53,668 bases of DNA from Welwitschia mirabilis (Eukaryota): the NCBI GenBank assembly GCA_051453625.1, contig JBOZIK010000001.1:48331910-48385577 (forward strand), read 5' to 3'. The notes beneath the pieces are model-generated. The model was given only the letters and a program-made list of their open reading frames with translations. It was not told the DNA's origin and did no database searches. Numbering within the stretch: the stretch's first letter is position 1; every line of letters begins with the position of its first letter. Both the position numbers and the translations under genes were made by a program. Below are positions 23,866 through 35,349 of the stretch, piece by piece.

Positions 23866-24931
23866 TATTTATGAGCAGTTATCCTAGAGGAAAGGGGTAA
23901 ATAGGATAGCTAAGGTAGTTTTTACAATTTGATTATCTAACATTATATTTGCACAATGTCATCTATCATCTTAATAAATAATAGCTAGTGCCAAATTAAC
24001 TCTAATGTGAATTCATATAATTAATAATACATTTAACTATTAAGCACATAAATTTGAGTAAATAATAAAGAGCAATAAATATAAGGTAATGAAAACAAGT
24101 CTATTTTTCTTTATTCTAGCTATAACCTCTAATCACACATCCAATGGGACTTTGTAGTAGTCCTTAACCTTACAACAATATTTTACAATGATTCTCAGCT
24201 TCCAAGCTAAGTAGACTTTACAATAGTCCTCCACCTTACAACAAAACTTTATAGCAATCTTATGCCTTCAAGCAAGCTCAAATATCTTTAATTACAATAA
24301 GAGAGAATAAGAGTTGAGAGAGAATGATAGAAATAAGATAGAAGATGTGTTGTTATACAATTAGGCCCAATAATGAGAGATTCAATCTTTGTATGTGTAT
24401 TGTATGAATCTTTCCCAATACAATTATGTTAGAATTATATAGAGGATGAATTCTAGCTATTATAAATCATGATTCCAATGTACATGATTGTTGGAACTTT
24501 CAAATTGGTTAGTCATCCTTCTAAAATAACTTCCTAATGGTTATATTTTTGTCAGTAGTTATATTAGTGGACGACTTCTTCATGGATTCAGTTGACCCCT
24601 CTCACTATGTTTCTAATTCTCTCATTGAGTGATCAACCTCTAGTAGAAGTCAGTTGACCTCTATGCATTTGACTTCTAATCTTGATCAGTTAAATCCATT
24701 ATGAAAATAAAGTATTACAAAATTCTTCAGGAAGTTAACCCCCTAACAATAGGTGATCGACCCCTAGTAATAAATAGGTAATCTTCCAAGTGATTTTTCC
24801 TTCTTTCCTCCTTTTTCTTTGTGTGTCCAAGCATTTAAACATTCTTCAAGACCTAAAAAAATCAAATAAACATTTAGATTTAATCTATTAGAATTTAGTT
24901 TATCATCAATTAACAATCTAGAGATGCAACA
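23866..24931 (-). repeat. Element C 5' LTR
   Basis: Starts TGTTGCATCTC (-) and is followed by the PBS; contains decayed GTCGAC-type palindromic repeats at ~24565-24785. Confidence 0.85.
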
Positions 24932-26076
24932 TAAGACAGAGTAAATGTAATTGAAACAAAAGCAAATAAACTATATACAATTAGTTCCATTTTGCACTTA
25001 ATAAAAAATTTTAAAAGAAGTGAACAAAAACATGTTCTTTATCTTTAATGGATTTAGTTGGATACAACCTACATGTTCTTTGCTTGCTTGAAATGTTCTA
25101 CCATCCTCATATTTCAATCTGAAGATGATGACTACTCATTTTTACTTTGCTAATTAATCCTCTAATTTTAACTAGAATTGTAACTTTTAAATAAAAAGAT
25201 TATTCAATACAGTTTTCTACTCTGATCTTATCAAAATAAAATTTTCTCATCTCATATAAATTAAAGGAGACTTGCTGTAATTCCTTTTATTAAAATTTCT
25301 TTCAAATTTGGCTTAAATTATTTTCAAAGATAGCAACATCTACAATTCTAATCATTTTCCCCTTTGAAAAGCCAACATTTATTTCGATGCATTTAATACT
25401 GCCTTTAAAAATTTGAAGCCTTTGAACATAAAGAAAAAATTAACAAACTAATTCAACCTCCAAAGTAACATATTAACTTCAAATAATAACATTCCATTTG
25501 GTGCTTAGAATCTTGCTTGAAATTCCAAAAAAAGGAATTTTTTTGGTACATTCTCAATATGCTTATGTAAATTCTTTAAAAGATCAAGTCCCATATTGGA
25601 ACATAGTAAATAATAATTAAACTAATAATTATTTTAAAGAGTCACACAATTTACAAAATCAAATGCTTAATTCTTTACCTTTATTAATTGATAAATAAAT
25701 AGCCTTTTCAACACCTATAATTCTTTCTTACACACATCTATCCCATTTATGATTCTTAAAGCATTAAAAACCTAAGTATTTTTTTCAAAAAACTAACTAT
25801 ACTAGGTTACTATTAATAATAGATTTGTAATCTCAATTTATATTCCCACGACACATGATTTTAATTTCATTAGCATTTATTCTCCCATCTTAACAATTAC
25901 AAATATCATTTGAAGTATGAAGCATATCTTTCACACCTTTTTTAGACATGTAAACTAATGTGGCATCATTTGCATAAGAAAATTTATTAGCAAATCATCC
26001 ATCTTAGTAAATTGATCTATGTAGTATTATGCATCCATTTCTATAATTCATTAATAAAAATTCCAAATAAGGTAAG
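24932..26076 (-). pseudogene. LINE ORF2, C-terminal part of the RT (RTE/RTEX-like)
   Basis: TLFGIFINEL, SYANDATLV (YADD decayed), INANEIKIM and KYLG motifs on the - strand. Confidence 0.8.
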
Positions 26077-27090
26077 CAATAGAAAACCAACTTATCGCAT
26101 TTGACATATGATTTAGAGTGTGTTTTTAGGTCCTTTTTACATGTTTAACACTCAAATTAATCACTTTTAATGTTAAGGACTAAAATAAAGAATCAAACAT
26201 AATTTGAATAAAAATTGAGTTATAGAGAATTTGAGAATAGCACAAGGCTTATGGCAGTGGCAAGAAAGACACATGATAGTGACATGATGGTGACATTAAA
26301 GACATATGGCAATAGCATCGATTGGTAAAGGCATCATGATCTAAAGGACAAAAGTTGGAAGCATCATGTAAAACTTTGCCTAACACAAGAAGATGAAAAT
26401 TACACTTAATGCAATAAGATGAGAAATCTTATCCATCCTACCTAGACTATGTGATAAAAAGTGTAACTGTTCAAGTGTAATCACCACCTACTACTACAAG
26501 AAAAAGGATCATAACCACCTCAATCCTACCCTTTCCTATAAAAGGGCATTAATCCCTCATTTATAAGCATTTCTATTTTGACATCAAAGTATTTCTAATA
26601 TAGGATAAACTTGGGTAAGAATATCCATCTACTAGTAAAAAGGACTACCTTGGTATTAGGCAATGTATCCTCCGTTGAGAAGTTATTATTTGTGAGTTGG
26701 TGTATGAGCATTATTAATCTCTTCAATGATTTCCCTCTCTTATCTTTCTTATAGTTTATATTGGTTGTAATTAAAGTGACATTAATTTGTAGTTGATATA
26801 GATTATAAGGACCAATCTAGATGACATAAGATTAGTTAAATTAGTTAAAACTTGCACTTAGGAGTTGCATTACCATATCATTGTATTTCATCTTTTGTAC
26901 TAGCTATTTTTATAAATTATTCTCCTTTATTTATCGTTTCTAAATAAGTGGGTCTTCTTCAATTCATTTTCTTCTTTAGATTTTTGAACCCATATTGACT
27001 TACTCTATATCTTGTGTGTTTGATTTTCATTATTTGAGAATGTTTTTAAATCTAATTTACAGATTAGGTAAGCACAAATAAAACACAACA
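26077..27090 (+). repeat. Element D 5' LTR
   Basis: Colinear with 32138-33173; ends ACACAACA followed by the PBS; TATA CCTATAAAAG near 26535. Confidence 0.85.
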
Positions 27091-30000
27091 TTTTGGTGCT
27101 CTTGGCAAGGAGACACTTAATATTGTTAAGAAGAAAGTAATTCTTTAGAGGATTATGTTCTACATCAAATTCAAGATAATATTGTTTTTTGAATGTATTA
27201 CTTTGTTTTAGTGTTGTACATTACTTCCAAGTCCTTGGGTTTCTAAGTTTTGCTTGCTTAATCTTTTATTAAGTGAAATATAGTTTTTCAATTTTCTTTA
27301 TAACAAGTTTTATTTTAAGTAGTTAGATTTTTTTAGTAGTTAATTTAATAATTGGTCCACTCCTTATGCTTTAACGTGATTTTGGAAATTTCTATCTAAA
27401 ATATTCATATATTACATACCATTTTGGTGTTGTTAAAGCTTGGTCCTATGGAAGACAAAATATATCTCTGTGAAATTTTTATATAAATAAGAAAGAAATT
27501 GCCATTAGAAATGATGCTTATATGTAGGAAAAAACCTCTACATGAAGTTCTTGCTTAAAAAAGAAGGAATTTACAATTGAAAAACAAGTCCATGAATGAT
27601 AAGAAATTTTTACATGAAATTATTACAAAAAGTAGGAAAAACAAGTCTATTCAAGAAATATTAACTAAAAAAAAGAATAACTTACCTTTTAAGGATGTTG
27701 TAGAAACTAGGACATATTCCTCTTTTTAATCTTCCTTCTTTTCCCCTTTCTCTTTTCAATTTTTCTATTTTTGGGCTTCTTTTAAGTATGAGCCTAAACA
27801 TACTTTATCTTTTAGAGAAGAAATTTACAATCAATTTGGAAAACCCCAATCATCTCCTATAAAGAACTATGAAGAATATATATATTCCCTATAGAAATAT
27901 CTTTATTAATATATAAACTAAAGTAAAAATTTCAATAATAATGTGGAGAGACTAGTGGAAGTTATTATACAAATCTATGGGAGACAGTAACAATCTCAAG
28001 CCTACCCAATTATTTCTATCACATTCCACCTTAAGAATGATGAGGAGGACTTAGAAACAAGTAGCAACAATTCTTGCTTTAAAAGATAAAATGATATTTT
28101 AGATTAATTACAACTATTCCATCCATTAGAAGATGGCCAAAATGAGGACAATGATAATTTAATTCAATAAATAGATAAGAATGATGAGGATGATATAAAA
28201 ATACTAGATCATATCACCAATCTTTACTTTTGTTTTTTTAAATGTAATGTGAAAGAAGTATCAACTCAATAAAAATTAAACAATCTCTTAATACATGATG
28301 AAGATGATGAGTGTATTTTTCTTTGTGAGCTTATTGAGGAATTTAACAACTTAAATAATGATAGCAATACTCAATAAAATAATGATGACTTGAATGACGA
28401 AGATGAAGATATAGTTGAACATAATAGTGAAGGAAGTAAAGAAACCATTCAATAAAGTAATGATGAAGACAACAATGAGAAGAAGAGAAATAATGAAGAA
28501 CCCATGGAGATTTAGCTAAATTTAATAGAGGATAGACTTATTCCTTTAAAGACAATAATCCAACCTTAAGAGTCTACTCGTGTTTCTCCACGACTTTCAC
28601 TTGTGCTTTCATGTAAAACCCCAAATAACAATCTTTCTTTTACTTCTACTCCTACATTAACTTGTGATCTTAATAATGGTAATATTTTTTTAGCTCTTTC
28701 ATTTATACTTTCAAGGAAAATTTAAAATATTATTCTTTCTAGTAACTCTAATTCTAAATTACTTGCTATTTTTGGAAAACATGAATTGGAAATTCATGGA
28801 ATTTTAAATTTGGAAAAGACTTACCTTATTGATTTAAATTCATTTATTAAGTCAAATCTTAATAAAGTTCTTAATCTTACTAAACATGTCCTTATCAATC
28901 ATCCTAAGAAGCCTCCTAACATTTCTTGATTCTATTCTCTGAGTAGTGCTATTGATTAATCATGGAATGATAATTATATTTTACATCAATTTAATAAAAG
29001 ATTATTTTTTAATGAAATTTATCAATTCTTCATATCTTATTTAGCTTGTGAAATTTGTGTTATTAAGGTGCTATTAGTATATTTCTTTAACTATCATTAG
29101 ATTTTATTTAAAAATGATCATATTCCTTTCATGTTTGATCAATTAGTTTCCATATGATTTGTTCCTTATTTTTCTGATAAATTTCAATGCCATAATTAGG
29201 TTGAAAGATCTATCATTTTGGCATAGGAATAATTGTAAAGCAAAGGAACTACATTCTACTTAAACAAATTAATTTAGTAGAGACTCTTTCCTTGAGGATA
29301 TGTTCACCACTTATGTAAATGTCATTATTCAAATAGTTTCCCTTTTCCAACAACTATTAACTTGATTTTACTTCAGTTTTTCATTATGTAGTAAGTTTAA
29401 GCATTTTTAGGAGTTTTTAATTTATGGATGATCAATTTGATGTTAGAAAATTAAAAGGCATTCAAACACTTATTAACTATCATTCTAGGAGATGAAAATA
29501 TAATTAGTTAGATTTTTCATATTATATGATTTGTCTATTTATTAATTTAATTTTTATTAAGGCTATAAGTTATTAGTACTTTGATAATGCATAAGTTACT
29601 TTTCATATTTGTAAAGGAAAAAAGAAAAGAAAAATGTGAAAAAGAAAAAGAAAAGAGAGATAAGAAAGAGGAAAATAAAAAGGAAAATAATTCTTAAAAG
29701 AAGAATGAAATATCAATTTTTACTATGAAAACACTTTTAATAATTACTCCTAATTTATCTTGAGGATTACTACACCGAGGGCAAAGTTGCTCAACTGCCT
29801 ATGTTCTATCTAACAGGTTCCACAACTTGTGATAAAGAATACAATCTAAAATGAGGTACACCTTGAAGTGTGTCATTATTATCACATTTTCAAGTATTAT
29901 TAGTTTGTAGCCATCTTTTAAGTTAATGTTTGAGACTATAGCTACTGTATGTCAATATTAGTTAATACATTGTCATTTTTGTCCATTCTATTCAAATAGA

Positions 30001-30727
30001 ATCATGATGTTTTACTAATTAATAATTATATATCTTTAATTAGGAATTAAAAAATATTGGTGAGTGATCAATTTCAAATATAATATGGTCTAATGTAATG
30101 AGTTTGTTTCTATACATTAAGTTAGATAATTTTAAAGTTATTAACTGTAGTTTTTTTATTTATCATAGGACCATAAAATTAGAGTAATCAATTTGATGTT
30201 TAGAAAGAGATTTGCATTTTTTATTTCAAATAAAATATTAGATTTTAAGAGGTTAGCATTTAGAATTCAAGTAATTCAATGTTTGTTTTCATGATTCTTG
30301 AACTTGCTTTAGTTTATTTCCTTTTTCTTTTTTATTTTATGCTTGTGTATTTCATCTCTTATTCTTAATGAATCTTTTGTAATCCTTTAGAGGCTAAAGT
30401 ACATTATTATTATTTTTCTATATTTTTAAATTTCAATTCATGAATGATTCTAGTTGGAGGCTCATTTATATGGAACTTTTTAGATGTAATTCATTGGATC
30501 TTTCAGAAATAATTTTTTATATGAAATTATGTTTTTCATAAGCTTAAATCATATGTTTGAACTTAATGCATATATTTTTGTAATGATTATTTTGAATGAG
30601 ATGCACTTTATGTTTAATAATGTAATTTTCTTAAAGTAATATCTTTCATCTCCTCTCCAAAGTGGCTAGCTTCCATGATTTTATGCTTGTTTTATGAGGG
30701 ATTAACAAACACTCAATTGGAGGGCTA

Positions 30728-31772
30728 TGATAGATGGCCAACTTATCACATTTAACATATGATGGGGAGTGTATTTTTAGGTTTTTTTATGAGTTTAATG
30801 CTCAAATTAATAATTTTTAATATCAAGGATCAAAGATAAAGAATTAAGCATAACTTGGATTAAAATTATGTAATTATGAAGCATTTGAGAAAGCACTAGT
30901 AAATGAAGTAATCAGATTCCACTTTCCACTAGAAGACAAAGCATTAAAAGATAAATCATAAAGGATAAAATGCTTGAGGAGATAACTATATTCCACATAT
31001 CACCATATTCCTAGAAGTCCATATGGCAGGCAGTTAAGAAAAGGAAATGACTACCTACCTTATTCTATATATCACCAAATTCCAAAAAATATAAATGGAA
31101 ATAACCATTAAATAATCATTACATCTATTACTATATTTATATCTTTGTCACTTACCTGCTACTATATGATGAACTTGGTGGATGATAAAGAATCAAATTT
31201 TATTTTAAGCTAAAATTGTAATGTAACTATTCTAGTTTGTTCTTCACCTAAATTAGTCCATCATCTAAACCTATATAAACCTCCTTAGGCCTTCCATTTT
31301 TTGATCTCTCTTTTGGCATTCAAGTGCCTATGAAATTGGAGTAGGGCAAGAAAATACATTCGCTTATGAGAAGGACTACTTGATATTAGGCTATGTATCC
31401 TTCATTAAGGAGTTGTTACTTGTAAGTAGATGTAATGAAGTATATTTTGTTAAAATTTAATAAAGTATGGTTTTGTTTTCTCAAACTCTCTCTCTATATA
31501 TATATTTCTTATACTTTATGTTGATGTCATGTAATACTCCTATAAATTAAATCTAATTTTGATATAGATTATGGGATCCAACTTGGATGAAAAAAAAATT
31601 GATAAACATGTTAGTTAATTGCATTTAGGATTTAAAATTTGTATTTTCATCTCATTGCATTTGCACTTCCATTTGTTTGATTCCATTGAATTTCATGATT
31701 TTCATTAATTATTTTTATTTTTAAAAGATTAAAAATAAATTTCTCTCTATCCACTCCTCCCTTCCCTCCTCC
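30728..31772 (+). repeat. Additional D-related LTR variant (different central U3), truncated by a gap
   Basis: Starts TGATAGATGGCCAAC after the PPT-like GGAGGGCTA. The first ~160 bp match the D LTRs; the middle differs. Confidence 0.75.
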
Positions 31773-32137
31773 NNNNNNNNNNNNNNNNNNNNNNNNNNNN
31801 NNNNNNNNNNNNNNNNNNNNNNNNNNNNNNNNNNNNNNNNNNNNNNNNNNNNNNNNNNNNNNNNNNNNNNNNGCTCATTTATATGGAACTTTTTAGATGT
31901 AATTCATTGGATCTTTCAGAAATAATTTTTTATATGAAATTGTGTTTTTCATAAGCTTAAATCATATGTTTGAACTTAATGCATATATTTTTTTAATGGC
32001 TATTTTGAATGATTACACTTTATGTTTAATAATGTAATTATCTTAAAGTGTTATCTTTCATCTTCTATCTAAGTTGGCTAGCTTCCATGCTTTCTGTTGC
32101 CTTTTTTAAGGACTGACAAATGCTCAGCGAGAGGCTA

Positions 32138-33173
32138 TGATAGGTAGCCAATCTGTTGCATTTAACATATGGTTGAGAGTGAAATATAGTTTTTTTAACA
32201 TGTTTAACACTTAAATTAACCACTTTTAATGTTAAGGATTAAATATAAAGAATCAAGCATAATTTGGATTAAAATTGAGTACTTACAGATCATTTGAGAA
32301 AAGCATGTGGCTTGTGACAGTGGTGCAGGAACCACACATGGCAGTGAAATAGTGGTAATATTGAAGACACATGAAGATATAATCGATTAGTAGAGGCATC
32401 ATGATCCAAAGATCATATGTTGAACTCATCATGAAAAACTCCATATAATACAAGAAGACAAAGATTCACCTAATTCTATAAGACAAGGAATCATATCTAT
32501 CTTAGCAAGGCTATGTAATAAAAAGTGTAACCACCTAATTGTAATAAACACCGACTACTATAAGGCAAAGGCTCCCAACTACCTCAATCATATCCTTTCT
32601 TATAAAAGTACCTTAAGCTCTCATTTGTAAGCATCTCTCTTTTAATATCAAAGTTATTGCAACATAGGAACAACTCAAACAAGGAGATCCATCTACTTAT
32701 GAGAAGGAATACCTTAGCGTTGTTACTGAATCCTTCATTAATAATTTGTCATTTATAAGTGGGTGTTATTAGCATTATTGATTAATAAAATTGACTATGT
32801 TTCTTCTATGATTTATTTATCTTATCTTCCTTGTAGTTTATACTAGTTGTAATTAAAGTGACATTAATTTATAGTGGACATAGATTATAATAGATAATTT
32901 AAATGATAATAGATTGGTTAAATTAGTTAAAATTTTCATTTAGAAGTTGCATTTCCATCTCATTTTGTTTCATCTTTTGCATTATTTATTTTTATAGTCT
33001 CTTCTCCTTTACTTCTCTTTTTCAAAGAATTAGGTCTTCTTCAACCCATTTTCTTCTTTAAGTTTATGAAACTAGATTGACTTACTCTATATATTGTGTG
33101 TTTTCTTCCCTTTGTTTAAGAATTTTTTGAGATCTAACTTGTAGATTAGGTAAGCACAACACATAACACAATA
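32138..33173 (+). repeat. Element D 3' LTR
   Basis: TGATAGGTAGCC...ACACAATA, followed by the TSD. Confidence 0.85.
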
Positions 33174-34050
33174 GTAGGAAAAAGAGAACATTCTTGTTTT
33201 ACTTCAATTTCACTCAAAATTTCAAAACACACTTTTGAGTTATCTTCAAAAATAATGATAACTTCTTAATATAATTTTTAAATGTTAAAAAGGATATTTG
33301 TAAGCATACTATCTTAAATAGACAATACCATCAATTTACCTGCATAAGCCTTTTAGAAATCAACAAAGTGAATGAAAATATTCTTTCCAAATTTCTTCAC
33401 AAAATTCAAGTAATAATGAAGAGTGACTAAGTAGTCAATATTAGAATGATTTTAATAAAGTCCTACCTATGAAATCACTCTTATTTTATTTTCATCTATT
33501 CACTTGTAAACTCTTCTTTCCAATATATTTTCTAAAAGCTTAGGGAAAAAAGTGTTAATGATAATAAGTTTAGCATTATTCAAATATAATTTATGCATTT
33601 TTTTGAATAAAATCACATCTTTGCTAGTTTTCCATTTTTCTATCTATAAGTGCATGAAGACTTTCATTTTTTTTATATTGCTTCATAAATAGGAATCCCC
33701 CTTATTTAAGTAATTATAAATGACTAAAGCTATCCATTTCTTTATTACTACTAAGTTTTTAAATAACTTTTACAACTTCATTTGAAATTATGTAGATTTT
33801 GACATACAAAAATGACATGCACTTTCTTATTTTCTTGGAACTAAGAAGATTTTCAAAGAAGTATTTAATTTTCTTAAAGGAAAACTTTAAGTCCTCTTTC
33901 TTACAATTTTAAAATAACTACCAATTTATTTTTGGGTCATTTATAATAACCTAAATAAATTGAGCTTATTGCTATTTTATAAAAGCAAGCTTCTTATTTT
34001 GAATTAATCTCTTATAAGATTTTATTGCTACATTTATTTATTCATGCATT
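33174..34050 (-). pseudogene. LINE ORF2, N-terminal part of the RT (upstream limit approximate)
   Basis: EVVKVI*KLSSNK, EKWKTSKDVILFKK, KLLENILERRVYK*IDENK..S*VGL..HSNIDYLVTL..FVDF*KAY, and EVKQECSLFP|TLFG read across the D insertion. Confidence 0.85.
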
Positions 34051-35349
34051 TGCCTTTTTATCTCTAGCATTTTTTTTATTATTTATTAAATCATATTTTA
34101 TTAACTATTTTTTCTTTATATTTATTTACTTCTTTGGAAACCTATAAAAGATTTTAAACTTAAGGGGTATCAAACTCAAGACTTTTAGTAACCATGCCTA
34201 ACTAATAGGAGTACAACCATGATCAATGACTAAATAAATGGTTTAACTATGCCTAAGGATTAATAGTATGTTAATTAGTTTATCTAAAATTTGAGATTTT
34301 GATCTTATAAATAGTCTCACCAATTAAATTACCATCTCATTAGCTAGAGATTAAATTAAATAGAATAGATATGTAATTTGTAAATCTCATGATTATTAAA
34401 TAAGTTCAGTTATGTATTTGTTATTTCATTCGTTATTTTATTCTAAGTTATTTTGTCTTCAAAGATAGTTAATTCCTTTTTTTTTTTACTAGTCCTAAAA
34501 TTAATTAGAGTTAATTAAATAGTTTATGTAATATATCTTAATTTAGATATGTAAATGGTTAACTCCCTCTATTTTTTGAGTCATGGCTAAGATATTGTTC
34601 TACTTTTTAATTAACTATAATACTATGTTTTAAGGCTTTATATTCATCTTATCCAATAGAAAATTAATAAAGAATTTTATTTTTTTAATGGTTATTTAAA
34701 AATCTCTATTTTCTACTAAGGCTATTACTAATGGTGGGAAACCACATAACGTAATCAACGACCTTTCTATTGTATCCACAAAAGCTATTAGATGTGGATT
34801 TGGAATAACAAAAATTAGGGTCAAGTAAATCACATTTAAGTAAATTCCTTTGCTAATAAATGAATGCAAATAACTAAAAAGATAATAAAATGTTATTGTG
34901 AAATGAAAATAAATAAGTCACAATTGACTTCAATACTTGTATGCATCTAAAAAGAAAATGAGTGATTTGATTTATAGCATTAATAGTCTATTATCCTATT
35001 AAAGATGTATTTAATTACAAAATATGAATGCTTATCTATTAGTGAAACTTTTAATGTATTTTATGTCATAAAATACAAATAAATAATAATTCATTTCAGA
35101 AATTAAATCATGCAATGAATTAGTTATCTACCTACAAAACCGATATGCAATATAAAAAGAGAATAGAAATTTATGGGGACAGAGTGAAATAAACATCTAA
35201 GGTTACCCTTGAAACTTTACAATAGTTATGAGAGGAAAGAAAATGAAAATAGAAACATAAAAAACTAATTAGCATAATTGATTTAAGTGAATTCCATCAA
35301 CAATTTGGTAAATAAAATCTTAAAAGTAGATGCATCATAAAACCAAATG

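Larger units (their letters stand above)
20753..24931 (-). mobile_element. Element C: Sirevirus (SIRE/Maximus)-like Copia, gag-only derivative; 3' LTR interrupted by A
   Basis: 5' LTR ~23866-24931 and 3' LTR remnant 20753-21011 are homologous. iMet PBS TGGTATCAAAGC at 23853-23864. C-rich LTR-end motif CCTATTTACCCCTTTCCTCTAG at 23884-23905(-). PPT-like tracts near 21012-21026 and 21411-21425. Confidence 0.85.
26077..33173 (+). mobile_element. Element D: non-autonomous Athila-related LTR element (LARD-like) inserted into the LINE RT
   Basis: LTRs 26077-27090 and 32138-33173. TSD GTAAG/GTAGG (26072-76, 33174-78). Decayed Asp PBS at 27094-27111 (12/18). No pol motifs found. Confidence 0.85.

Noticed and set aside
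34050..35345. Possible very old LTR remnants (TATA-like near 34304; AAGGGTAACCTT on - strand near 35200)
   Set aside because: No definable termini, partner LTR or TSD.
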